This document shows positions 1 to 11,240 of a stretch of DNA of 64,000 nucleotides, in pieces (positions within the stretch are counted from its first letter, which is position 1; each line of letters opens with the position of its first letter). Source of the stretch: Lama glama (lineage: Eukaryota); NCBI GenBank assembly GCA_028534125.1, contig CM052818.1, positions 6,078,001-6,142,000 on the forward strand. Reading direction: 5' to 3'. A program made the translations under genes and the position numbers. The notes under the pieces are model-generated. The model had not been told where the DNA came from. It did no database searches and saw only the letters and a list, made by a program, of their open reading frames with translations.

Positions 1-175
1 GGAAAGCTCCTTCCTACCATATACCAAAGTTTGTGCAATTTTGGCCACATAGCTCAACGTCAGTTTTTGGGGGGGGAAAGAAGACACAGAAGGCTAAGAG
101 AGCTATAAAGACAACTGTCCTCCACTCTACATTAGCTTTCAAAGTGGTGGTGCTCCAGTGGGGAGCTGCCTGGAA

Positions 176-428
176 AATGCAGTGGGGTGGTAAAATGGTT
201 CAGAACACGGGCTTTGGAGTCAAAACTGGGTTCAGTTCCCAGGTCTTTATTTTCTGCAGGGTAAATATTTAACCTCACCAGGGTTTAATTGACTTATCTT
301 CTTTGAAAAAGTGCCCAGGAGGGAAAGCTTCTCAATTCAAACTCCACAGGACTGGAAAAAAAATTAATTTGAATGATGCAATCTATGTAAAGGGCAAAGC
401 ATGAAGTGGGTGCTCAAAACTGGCAGCT
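176..428 (+). mobile_element. MIR SINE fragment
   Basis: MIR-like head 'atggttcagaacacgggctttggagtcaaaactgggttcagttcccag' and MIR-like 3' part 'tatgtaaagggcaaagca...gtgctcaaaactggcagct'. Confidence 0.55.
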
Positions 429-1353
429 CCTATGATGATGGGGTTGGACTGTGTTCCTTGGCCTCCTCTCAGGGCTGAGCCGATGCAGACGAGCCACTTC
501 CCCTCTCTGTGCCATGTGTCCTGATGACTTGCTTAGACCACAATGGCTGTCGCAGGCTACCCTGGGGGAGGAATCCCTGGGCTAATTTCTGCCTCTGTCA
601 CCTCTGTTCTGTGAGTTTCTGCAGCAGTGCATGATAAAGCAAGTCAGAGCCCTGCTGGCAGGGCTGCCGCACGCAGGAGGAGGCACACACGCTGGAGCTC
701 GACCCAGCCTTTCCAACACCCAGGCAGCTGCTGCCCTTGGCCCTTCACTCTAGGTGCTCAGTTTCTTCCCGCGCTAACAGTTGCAAAGTATGTCAACCCT
801 TTCAGGAATACCTCCAACCTCCACATCCTATCTCACCCCCGCATACACACTCAGAACTACAGGGGCCAGAGTACAATCACCACTCCTGAGAGGGCAAACT
901 GAGAAGTCCCAGGGATGGAGGGAGTTGTCCTGGAGCTACAAAGCGAGCTGTTGGGACAGTTCTGGAATGGAGCTCACATCTCAGGAGCCCTGGGCAGGGC
1001 CCTCCTTTTAGGGAGTGGCTGAAACCTGCAGACAAATCACTCCCAAGTAGGCCTCTCCAGCCCTGAGTTAACTTTAAGCCTCAATTATATTTGGCTCCTC
1101 CAGGGTCTCCTACGACTGTCAGGGTCTTTAGGGACTTGGGCTAGAGACCCATCCCCGGGGCACCATCTGGGAAGAGTACATGTCTCCATGGTGCAAAAGG
1201 AAGGGGGTGTTCACCAGAAACACTGCAAATGGGTGCCATCCAGACAGCCAGCAAAACAAAGAAAATAATCATGACAGCTCAACCTGAATGGTATGGTTTG
1301 ATTTTCAGATCGAGATGATTAAAAAAATGATTTATCAACTCTCCAATGCCCAA

Positions 1354-1480
1354 GCATTCATTTATTTGTTCAACAAATATTTTTTTAATGTACTTAAAAT
1401 ACATCAGGCCTTGTGCTAGCCACTGGCGATACAAAGGTGACTGTTACCAGCATGTCCCTGACCCTATAAAGACTACAATC
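1354..1480 (-). mobile_element. L2 LINE 3' end fragment
   Basis: Reverse-complement L2 tail 'cattcatttatttgttcaacaaatattt...tgtgctagccactggcgatacaaagg...catgtccctgaccct'. Confidence 0.6.
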
Positions 1481-1949
1481 TCGGAGATAAGAGAGGTAAG
1501 TGAAATGTTAGGGAAGTAGAAAGTGACAAGTAATATTTCTTTTGGTTTCCCAGTAGAGCCACTTCCCAGTGATGGGCACACAGCAAGAACTCATTACATG
1601 ATGAATGAATAAATGAATGAAAATAATTAACATCTACTGAGTGCGCACTATGCACCAGGCACTATTTTAAGCATGTAAACGAATTAACTCATTTTATACG
1701 TGTAATGTATTTAACGGATTGATACCTATAGTTAAATATATAGCAAATGAAAGTAGTAAATGAACAAATGATGTGCACTCAGCCCCCAAAGCTTCTATCC
1801 TGAATGTGTTTTGAATCTGGAGAAGAAAGAACAAGAATAAACAATAATGATGAGTTAGCTGTGGGTTAGGCATGGAGAAACGTACATAAACATGGAAAGA
1901 AAAAGGGTTTTACAACAACCATATAAATAATAAGCTGACTTCACATCCT

Positions 1950-2290
1950 AACTTCACCTCATAGCTGGGTAATCTTACACAGGTAGTTTAACTTCTCAAG
2001 CCTTGAAATCCAAATCTGTAAAATGGATTTAATACACCCAGCTGCTCTTGTGAGGGTTAGTTACGTCCATCAGGTTCTATATGAGAAAGTGCCCTTGAAC
2101 TGGGAGGCACCCTCAAAATATTAGTTGCTATGGATTTAGGACTTACTAAGAGGCAGCAGAGCATAGTGGGAAGTTAAACTTAGAATCAAAGGCCCTCATT
2201 CTAAATCTGGGCTCCATTAGCCAATTGAAATATGTAAACAGAGGGATTAATTGAGATGATGTGGGTTAAGATGCTTTAGTACAGAGCTTC
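1950..2290 (+). mobile_element. Two adjacent MIR fragments
   Basis: MIR core-like 'agctgggtaatcttacacaggtagtttaacttctcaagcctt...atctgtaaaatgg' and head 'gaggcagcagagcatagtgg'. Confidence 0.5.
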
Positions 2291-4211
2291 TGTTGTAGAA
2301 CAGGAGGGGAGGAAAAACCAAGCCCTTCCTGGAGAATGAGTCACCGAAGGCTTTCTAAGAGTCTCTGGGTAATCTTCTGAGCTAGTCTAAACGGACCGAA
2401 TGAACTGGTGAACTCCCAGGACCCTCTTCTCCTGGGAGCCTGTGATCACCCAGCGTGGGTGTGAAAATCACGTGACTGAGTCTGTCTGCCCGGGGATCAA
2501 CAAGACCTACAGGGATTCCTGGGGTCACCTGCGGCTAACAGCGGGGTTGCTGCTCAGCAAGGAAGAGAGAGACAGGGCAAGAGAGAAGGCAGGCGGGAAC
2601 AGCCCTTCCTCATCCTCAGAGCCGGGACGTCTGCAGGGCGGGCAGGTGTCGGGGCAGCCCTCTGAAAGGAACAACTTCTCGTTGCACACCAGTGTCAGAC
2701 CATTTGGGGAAAATTTAACAAAATGCCCCCACTTTGAGCACAGAGTGTCTTCCTTGAATTGATCTGCACAACGCATAGGCACAGTGGGTTCAAAGACAAC
2801 GTGAACGGTATTTTATAGACTGCGCAACAAACAAATTCTTACTTTCTTGTCCTTGGTCCACTGAACATGAGACATTTTGTATATATTCTTTCTAATTTTT
2901 AAAAAAGCAAGTACAAGAGTCAATGTAGCCTCAGATGGACGAGTTAATTAGGGGCCTTTGACCCTTCACTTTGATGCACATGCACTCCAAAGGGACTGTG
3001 GTGTATCTGTGGTCAACTGCTTTAAAATTAATTCATTAAGAACCTGGTTCAGAAAGAGTTACTTTATGTCAAGAACCATCTCTTTATAGACTCACAGCTG
3101 CTTTTGCAAACAGTCTTGACACCATAAAAATTTCAAGTTTTTGGTTCAAAACTCTAAACCTGTAAGGTTATAAATTTGGCAGAACCTGTTCAGCCTTTGC
3201 TGTGAATGGAATACCTGTTATTTTGAAAAATAAATCCAGAAAGGTCAATTTACAACTCCTTAGGTTAAATGTTAGAGAAGTTATAACAAACTGGAAAATA
3301 CATGTAGCAAGTAACTTTTTGATTTACAGGGAGTAACCTTTTTTTTTTTTCAGTCTACCATCCCTGGTCCCGTGTTCCCACTGCCCTGGTCAGGTGAGAA
3401 GAGTCCTCAGAACTGTTCACATGGGGTCAGTATAATGAATCACCTGAGGTTGGCTTTCAGGCTGTGCCTGCTAAAATGAAAACCAAGACAAAATTGTACA
3501 AGTTCCAAGGCTCCTCTGGATGCCACATGACCCTTTGTCACTTATAGTGATGAATGGTGTTACAAATTTTATCTAATCAACTGACACTTTAAGGATCAGA
3601 GAATTCAACAAGAATAACAATATGGCGACAATTTAGTCTTTTCCTCCCTTTGTAAAAAACACTGCCTTCTATTTGGTCTCCACTCAGGTCAAGACATTTG
3701 ACTAATTTGCTAGTCATTAAAAAGATATTTTTATACCCAGCCTGTAATATTATCCTCTTCGGTGATTATGATAGCTCCCAACAGAATTCCAGGCTCGAAA
3801 ATGAAGGCTGGGAGGCTGAACTGCAATTATGATACTTGAAATAATTCCACAAAAGTAGAACCGCTGTTAAATAATTTATGGTCTTTGATCTCGTCACGGA
3901 TCTACTGAAATCTTCACATCACTCAAGCTAAATATTTTCATACAGAAAAGAGATGGTTGCTTTCCCCTCTACTACCCACTCACCCCGGCTGAAGACACAT
4001 CAATAAAGCTCCCAGATGTTTGTCTTGCTGAGAAGTCGGACCCCAGAAGGAGTCCTGCTGCCAGCCTTAGGGGACCTGCCAGCATCAAACGCCTTGCCTG
4101 GCATTTGACTCCCTGTGCCCGATTTGTGAAGCTCGAAAAGTAGCCCTGGGAGGAGGTGAAAGAATACACAACTTTTGATTAAATGTATCTGAATTTATGC
4201 AGGAACTAGAT

Positions 4212-4394
4212 CCATGGCTCAGACCTCAGCATGTGTCAGAACCACCTGCAAGGCCTGTTAAAGCAGATTGTCTGGCTCCAGCCCCAGAGTTTCTGAAGCA
4301 GGAGATCTGGGGTGGGGCCCAGGAATTTGCCTTTCCAACAAGTTCCCGGGTGACAGTGATGTTGCTGGTCTGGGCACTGCATTTAGAGAACCAT
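4212..4394. mobile_element. MER5A-like hAT-Charlie non-autonomous DNA transposon
   Basis: 'cagaaccacctg...cccagagtttctga...gatctggggtggggcccaggaatttgc...acaagttcccgggtga...tgatgttgctggtc...ttagagaacca'. Confidence 0.8.
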
Positions 4395-6189
4395 GAGCTA
4401 AACCCATGGCTTCTATTGCCTTAGACATAAATTGGGACCTGAAGGACCTTGAGTTCTTAGATGCCATCAGGGCTCTCTTGGGAAATAAGCTTGAGGGAGA
4501 AAGGGGCAGGTCTAGGTCTCTCCAAAGCCACATCTAGAGCTCATTTCAAGGAAGCAATCCCCTGTTCCAGGAGCCTCTTTCTTCACCGTGAGCCCTCAAC
4601 CCCATGACTAGGGAAGGGACAGTGTTTTTCATTGAGAACGGAGGCAGCCTGGGAACTCAGAAGTTTTAGCATCTGGGAGCAAAGGCACCAAATTGCTGAA
4701 GTCACCATATTCATGGGGGGAAAAATATCACTTCACTTGACAAACGAGGAGAAAATAACCCACACAGAATTAAACAGCTCATGATAGTGTGGCTTTTCCT
4801 ACTTCTGGGACCATAGCTTTTATCCTTAAAAAACCTTCTTCCTTGCCACATATTTCAGCGATTTAACATCTACCAATGACATGTTTCCAAATTCAGTTTG
4901 GGTTGTCTTCATCTGCAAATTTAGGCCAGACCCTGTCTGGTAATTCACATGACGGTGATGGCTGCATGAAATTTGTTTGCTGGATTTGCTTTCTTTAAAT
5001 AAAATGTGAGAGAACAGGGTGGGGGTCAAAGAGATTGTCAGGACATTATTTAGCTTTAGAAACAAAGAACTCAAAGAAGATGAAATTTCACAGGCTCTGC
5101 TGATTCGTTTACAAAGTCTGCACTAAGGAACCCCAGGGAAGGGTTAGGTGATACCACGCGTCCCTGATAATCCCCCTCAGTGATTACCCCCATTTTTGCC
5201 ACAGGGATCTAGAGAACTCAGGCTAAAGCAGGTGGGTTGTGTTGCAGTAATTTTAGTAAAAATAATTGCTGCTGAGTGTATCTGAACAGAGTTTAAGGAA
5301 AAAAAGAAACTATTAGAACAGAAAATGTTGAAAGAAGGAATATTACAATTGTTCATTTATAGGCCATCTTTAAAGGTAGCCTTGGCCCTGGGTGGAGAAA
5401 AAAGGTACCTGAATTGTTTGGGGCTGGTTCTTATCATGAAGGAAGTGTTATATTTTACCATTTCCAGATAAAAACTACAGAGAGATACCCAAAGGCTATG
5501 GAGCTGAGCTGGTAATAGTAACAAAAACATTTATACTGAGCACACACAGCCTGACCTTCCCAGCAATCTCGCCAGGAAGCGCAGGCCTGGAGAGATTGGG
5601 TAACGGGCCTGAGGGCACAGGGTAAGTGGCAGAGCCGGCCTCCAGCCTGACCTGTGTCTGCTGGACTCCAAAGCCCCTGCCAGGCCGGAGAGACGGAAAG
5701 AATTTGAAAAAAAAAAACAATTGTCTATAAACAGTGTGTTGCTATTTGGAGGGAAGGTGAGAAGATACAAATAGAATATTCGTTTGGCTGATCATTATGT
5801 ACGCAGGTGGGAGCTATAAAACAGGAGCTCCAGTCACTGTGAAGAGCAAATATCAGAGGTCAGGTGCAGGGAGCTGCGCCTCCAGACCTGAGAACCAAAG
5901 ACCCGCCCTTTGCATTCGCTGTCATTTGAGCAGACATTCATTGTCTGTGATGCTTCCCCATGTCACGCAGTCTGCTGAAGCAGCCAGGTGCCGGGCGAGC
6001 CAGCTACCAAACACGTTGCCTTCCTTGCGCTCTTACCAAACCTCTTTCCCAGACCTTGCTCACCCACAGTGAGGAATCACTCAATTTATTAATAAAACAC
6101 TCAATTCTCTTGGCTCATTCTGATCATTTTTCAAAAGGCGGAAAATATATTCATCGTATTACAAATTGGCTATAGCCAAAGATCCCAAA

Positions 6190-6450
6190 TGGTCCTCTAA
6201 ACCTGCTCCGCCCCACCTGTCCCCCATCTCAGGATGTGGCACCTCGCAGCTTCTCAAGCCAAGTACATGTCATTCTTCTTTCTTCCTTTGTCCTCCTTCC
6301 TCTGCATCTCCATTCCTTCTACTCTTCATATCTCCACGGCCTCCTCCCAAGTCCAGGTTACCATCACCTCTCACCTGGATGAGTCCCATCACCTCCTACC
6401 TGGTCTTCACACAGCAGCCAGGGGCATTGTTTTCCACCCACCCTTCAAAA
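6190..6450 (+). mobile_element. L2 LINE fragment (continues at ~7400-7950)
   Basis: 'aaacctgctcc...ccccatctcagg...ggcacc', 'ccatcacctctcacctggat...cctcctacctggtct' typical of the L2 3' region. Confidence 0.6.
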
Positions 6451-6487
6451 AATAACTTTTAAAAATTATACAGCAGGTGTATGACTG

Positions 6488-6946
6488 CACGATGGGAGGC
6501 TGAAAATGACTCCAAAAGAGACCCACCCCTTAACCCTGGGCCTGTAAGTGTGACCTTCTTTGGAAAAGGGTCCTTGCAGCTAAGGTTCTTGAGATGAGAA
6601 GATGATCCTGAATTATCTGAGTGGGTCTTAAATACCATTTCAACTGTCCTCATAAGAGAAAAGCAGCAGGAGATTAGACACACATAGAAATGGGAAGGGC
6701 CATGTGACTGTGGAGGCAGAGACTGGAGTGACTTGCACAGAAGCAGAGGAATGCCGGCAGCCACAGGAGCTGGAAGAGATGGGGACAGTTTCTCCTAGAG
6801 ACACAGCTCTTCCAACCCCTTGCTTTCAGCCCTGTGCAGTGGATTTCAGGTTTCTGGCCTCCAGAACTGTGAGAGAATAAAAATGTGTTGTTCTAAGTCA
6901 CCAGGTTGCTGGTAATTTGTTCCAACAGCCTCAGGGAACTCATACA
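6488..6946 (+). mobile_element. MLT1 (MLT1C-like) ERVL-MaLR solo LTR
   Basis: 'gtgaccttctttggaaaagggtccttgcag...cttgagatgag...ccagaactgtgagagaataaa...tgttgttctaagtcacc...ggtaatttgtt...cagggaactcataca'. Confidence 0.85.
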
Positions 6947-6949
6947 TGC

Positions 6950-7385
6950 ACTACCGATGCAAAATTCAAAAATCACAGATAAAGTTTAAATACCTCTCGA
7001 CCATCTCCTCACCTCCCACCTCATTCCATTTCCCTCATCTGGGGTACCCACTGTCGTTAAGTTTTGGGTTTTTATCAGTTCAGTTATCAGTTCAGTCCTT
7101 TTTCTATGCATTCCTATACATGGATGGACTACAGAAAGATGCCACTTATTTTTGTGTCTTAGTGAGCCCAGCGTGCTCTCCCCAAATCTGTGGTTAGTTC
7201 TGTCCGCTTCTGAACTTGACATCAGTGGAATAACAAATGTTCTGTGGCTTACTTCTTCCATGCATCATTATGTTTTTGAGATTCCTCCACATCGTTATAA
7301 GCAGGGATCTCTAGTCTGTTGTCTCTACTGTAGCATATTCCATTGCATGAAAACGACACAGTTTATTTATCCATTTACATCTAGA
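6950..7385 (-). mobile_element. Old L1M (L1MD/ME-type) 3' fragment
   Basis: 'tttttgagattcctccacat...tgtagcatattccattgcatgaa...cacagtttatttatccatt' is typical antisense L1 ORF2 end / 3'UTR. Confidence 0.6.
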
Positions 7386-7399
7386 CCCATCCCAGGAAA

Positions 7400-7950
7400 G
7401 AGCAGTCCCATCACGATACTCCCTGCTGGGAGCCCCCAATGGCCTCCCACTGCAAGGGCTAGGGCCTCACGCTCCTCCCAATGCCCCATGCCCCCTTTGC
7501 CTCTCCCATCTCTTTTTATCCCATTCTTCTTGACTCACAGGCTGTCTTTGGGTTCCCTGAACACACCAAACTCACCTCTGCCCTAGGACTCTCACTGTTG
7601 TCCACCCGTGGACCACCGCATCCCCAGATACTTGCTTCTTCTTTTTATTCAAATCTTATCAGATCTTATTTGTGCAGCCTTCCCCAACCACCCAATCTGA
7701 ATTAGCCCCATTCCCCACTCATCTGTTGCCACTAGCTCTTGTTTTATTTTCCTTGGTGCATCTCTCCTGATCAGGCATTGGCCTCAAGTATTTGCTTCCT
7801 GGTCTGTTGTCTGTCTCTCTAAACTGCAGCTCTTTCGGGGTGTGGACCCGTTTTACCCACCACTCTAACCCAGCAGCTAGAACAGCGCCAGCATGGAGTG
7901 GATGTCTGGCATGTATCTGTTGGATGGATGAAAGGATGAGTGAGTAAACG
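7400..7950 (+). mobile_element. L2 LINE 3' end
   Basis: 'gttccctgaacacaccaaactcacctctgcc', 'ctagaacagcgccagcatggag...atctgttggatggatgaaaggatgag' tail. Confidence 0.65.
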
Positions 7951-8857
7951 AAGCTGTAAAGAAATGAGTGTCGTGAGAGTTGACTGGAGCTAACCAAAAT
8001 TCACGTACTCATTCACTTTCCGCACGGATTATCGCGTGCTGATTTTCTGAGTCCTGAGTTGGCACAGGTGTTGAGAAGATGCAGTTTGCTCCCTAAGACA
8101 ATTTCTCTGACAGGCTTGGTCAGTGAGGATGGTCCCATGAAAAATGAGGAGCTACGAGGGCACTTACTGAAATGGGGTTTTAACTTTATGTCCAGCTGTA
8201 CGCTTTTCCCCTCTCCGTGTTTTCAAGCAGGGTGGAGTGTGTGCTCTCAGGGTGACTAAGCCACTAGACTATTATTAGTGGAGTGGGGGGTGCTGGTTAC
8301 CACATCAACCAGGCCTCTCCTTAGCCAGAGGGGAGGATCAAGCCTGTCTGATGAGGTGGGCAGGATTCCAACAGGTGGAGGGGCTGGCCCTCAACTCGAC
8401 CTGCCTTCAAGAGAACAAAACATCCCAAAGATGCTGAAGACCAGTCTGGGGGCTCAAAAATAAAACACCATAAAAAATAATGTGCCTTACCAGTCACTTC
8501 ACAAACTTTCTGGGCCCCTTATGACAGCCCATGAATTTGATTTCAAAATTCGTCTAGTTTCACTGCAGACGTGGAACATTCATACTTTCCTCTAGACAGT
8601 TCATTTTTCAGACTTTAATTATGTCTTCATTCCCTACAGCCAGAAAATAGAATAGCTGAAACCTGGGCAGGAGAAAAGTATGGCAAATGGTTTCAGGGGT
8701 GTCTCATGTCCCCTTTCTCGTCAGTGTTTCCCCCGTGTTTAAAAAAAGTTCTCGACAATTAGGCTTCATCTCTTTTAACATTGACTTCAAACCCAGCATC
8801 AAATTAACATGATGTAGAAAGGCAAAGAGGATGTTGTCTCTTTGCCTTTAATAAAAC

Positions 8858-9098
8858 ACTGCCATCTGATGCCACTGATACGAAACCAATAATGACACAG
8901 AAAGTTAACAGTTGCCTGGAGTTTGATTATCTAAGCATCTGCCAATTATTCGTGTATTTAATTTCCACAAATTACCTATGAAGTAGCACCACTGGTTCCC
9001 CAGTTTACAGACAAGGAAGCTTAAAGAAGTTAAGCAGGCTGTCCAAAGTCATGCAGTCAGTTGACAACTAAAATCTATTGGTCAGCTCTCTATTTGGT
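8858..9098 (+). repeat. Inverted duplication, arm 1 (pairs with 10238-10463)
   Basis: Hand alignment to the reverse complement of 10238-10463 gives ~19-20 substitutions plus a net 15-nt indel over ~226 nt. Confidence 0.95.
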
Positions 9099-9499
9099 GG
9101 TGGTTATAAAATGTGTTGATTACGAGGGTCTAGGGATAAGGGTGAGTGGACAGACAGCATGACTTCTCTGAGGTCAACCCACAAGTCTGGGGCCAAATCC
9201 CAGTGGCCAGTAGGGCGGGAACACAAACACCTGAATGGAGCTGGGTGTATCAAGCAGGTAAGTATTTGCATTGCAGATGAAAGAAGCTGAGTTCTAGTCT
9301 TTTCAGCGCAGCTTACAACATGCAGAACAAAGAAGGGGACCGACAGCATGGTCCTTTTATCAAACAAGTCACCCTGTGTCTAAGAGTCACAAATGGGCAC
9401 CACAAAGAAGCTTCATGAGCTAAGTTGGCCAGGTGAGGACCACATCAATTTGGAGAGCTGATGCCCCTCCAAAGAGGGTTGAAGCCACCATGACCATGA

Positions 9500-9690
9500 T
9501 CGTACGGGTCTCTATGTCACTAAACTGTCAGAATTTCCAAGAGAAGTCAGAAATGCAAACTGTTTCTGAAAAATCTAGTTCTAACTGTTGGGAACACACC
9601 TGAACCCCTTTCTACATGTCCTGCAGATCACACCAAACATGTCTGTGGGCTAAATTTGACTTGAGAGCCATCAGTTTGCAAACTCTCACT
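9500..9690. mobile_element. MER102-like hAT-Charlie fragment
   Basis: 'ttccaagagaagtcagaaat...aaacatgtctgtgggctaaatttg...gccatcagtttgcaaactct'. Confidence 0.5.
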
Positions 9691-9729
9691 GGAGAGAGGT
9701 GGTCTTGGTGGCACCATTAGTTTGATCTC

Positions 9730-10227
9730 TCACATCCATGTGACCCTTTTCTTATAACAAATATTTTGAACTTTTTCCTTCTTCTCCTAAAATAAAATTT
9801 ACAGTAAATAACCTACCTATATACCTAATTCAAAAACGTAATGCCCTAGTCATCATGAAAGGAGAAATAAAATATGGGTACTTTATACAAAAAAAAATAT
9901 ATTTCCATGTGTAACTGCTGGAACACAGCTGCCTTGGAAGCCATGATGACAACACTGGATACTTGCCTTTTTTGAGCAAATCTCAGAACACAACAGCTCC
10001 AAATGCAATGTAATATATAATGCTGGTTAATCATGTGCAAGTGTTTATCTATGTGAATGTCCAGTGGGATATTTATAAGCCAGACAGAATGCGGTACAGT
10101 TCTCTGCAGCATAGGACTGTCCCTGCATTGCTGTTCCTGCCTGCTGATCATTGTGACGACCAGAAAATGTTCCCACAAAACTCCAAATGTCACTTGCAGG
10201 GCGGTGCCACCCCATTAAGAAGCAGTG
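9730..10227. mobile_element. hAT-Charlie (Charlie4/MER20B-like) DNA transposon remnant
   Basis: Terminal 'cattgtgacgaccagaaaatgttcccac...ccaaatgtc...ccccattaagaagcagtg' resembles the MER3/MER20/Charlie end. Confidence 0.55.
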
Positions 10228-10237
10228 ACACAGACTG

Positions 10238-10463
10238 ACCAACTAGAGAGCTGACCAATACATTTTAGTTGTCAACTGACTGCATGACCTCATGCAGCCT
10301 GCTTAACCTCTTTAAGCTTCCTCGTCTGTAAACTGGGGAACCAGGTATTTTTGTGGAAATTAAATCCATGAATAATTGTCAGACGCTTAGATAATCAAAC
10401 TCCAGGCAACTGTTAACTTTCTCTGACATTATTGGGTTGGTATCAGTGGCATCAGATGGTAGT
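10238..10463 (-). repeat. Inverted duplication, arm 2
   Basis: Reverse complement of 8858-9098, e.g. 'ataatcaaactccaggcaactgttaacttt' vs 'aaagttaacagttgcctggagtttgattat'. Confidence 0.95.
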
Positions 10464-11090
10464 CGCTCTGAGTCATCACTCCTCCATGGGAAGCGATGGC
10501 TAATTCTACACATTCTTTTCTGGTTTGCTAAGGAAGCACAGGGAGACGCGAGTCTGACAGAGATGCCGAGTTTCACTCATGATGCTGCACAAAGCTTCCC
10601 ATCGTTTCACTGACTCCAACTCTACTCAGAAGAAACCCGCAAAGACACCAACTTAATTTTTCTCTAAGCTGCTTCTGCTTCTGTTTTTACTGTATCAGAA
10701 AAAAGGAAGTGGTACTGTTACCATACCACATACGATAAATCGATTTTCCCGACGTGGCTTCTGGTTTCTTCAGGGAAGGGCCCAAGCGTTATTCTTTTTC
10801 TGTCAGTCCACGGTACCTGATTTGGGACAAGGGACAGTGAAGGCTCTCGACTAACACATGGCAGCCACATGCTGGCGGGAATTATCTATCTTAACTTGAA
10901 GCTCAGGGCTTCTACTTCTTGTCCTTCTCGAGCTGCCTGCACATTCCCTGGGGGCTATGCCACCACTTCTGATCTGAGTGTCAGCTCCTGGGGGCTGATC
11001 CTCCTCAGTCTCACACCAGCCCTGCCTCCAGGGCTACCCTATTTCTCCACGCATTGTATCAACCCTGGTAGAGAACTCAGCACTGTTCTT

Positions 11091-11205
11091 TCATTTCTTT
11101 ATTAACGAAGGTACTGGGGACTGAACCCAGGACCTTGTGCACTTGGGCAATGATAAGCACGCACTCCACCACTGAGCTATACCCTGCCCCTCTGCAATTA
11201 GGTAT

Positions 11206-11240
<35 letters not shown>
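11091..11240 (-). mobile_element. tRNA-derived SINE (camelid Vic-1-like) with (TTTA)n
   Basis: Minus strand reads 'gggcagggtatagctcagtggtggagtgc...ggtcctgggttcagtccccagtacc' (A box and B box); flanked by identical 10-bp 'cactgttctt' at 11081-11090 and 11241-11250. Confidence 0.85.

Noticed and set aside
4835..4912. 78-nt minus-strand exon candidate (MKTTQTEFGNMSLVDVKSLKYVARKK)
   Set aside because: Weak donor (AAG|GTTTTT), poor pyrimidine tract, no recognised homology
11110..11190. Functional tRNA gene
   Set aside because: TSD-flanked SINE with an apparent insertion between the A and B boxes
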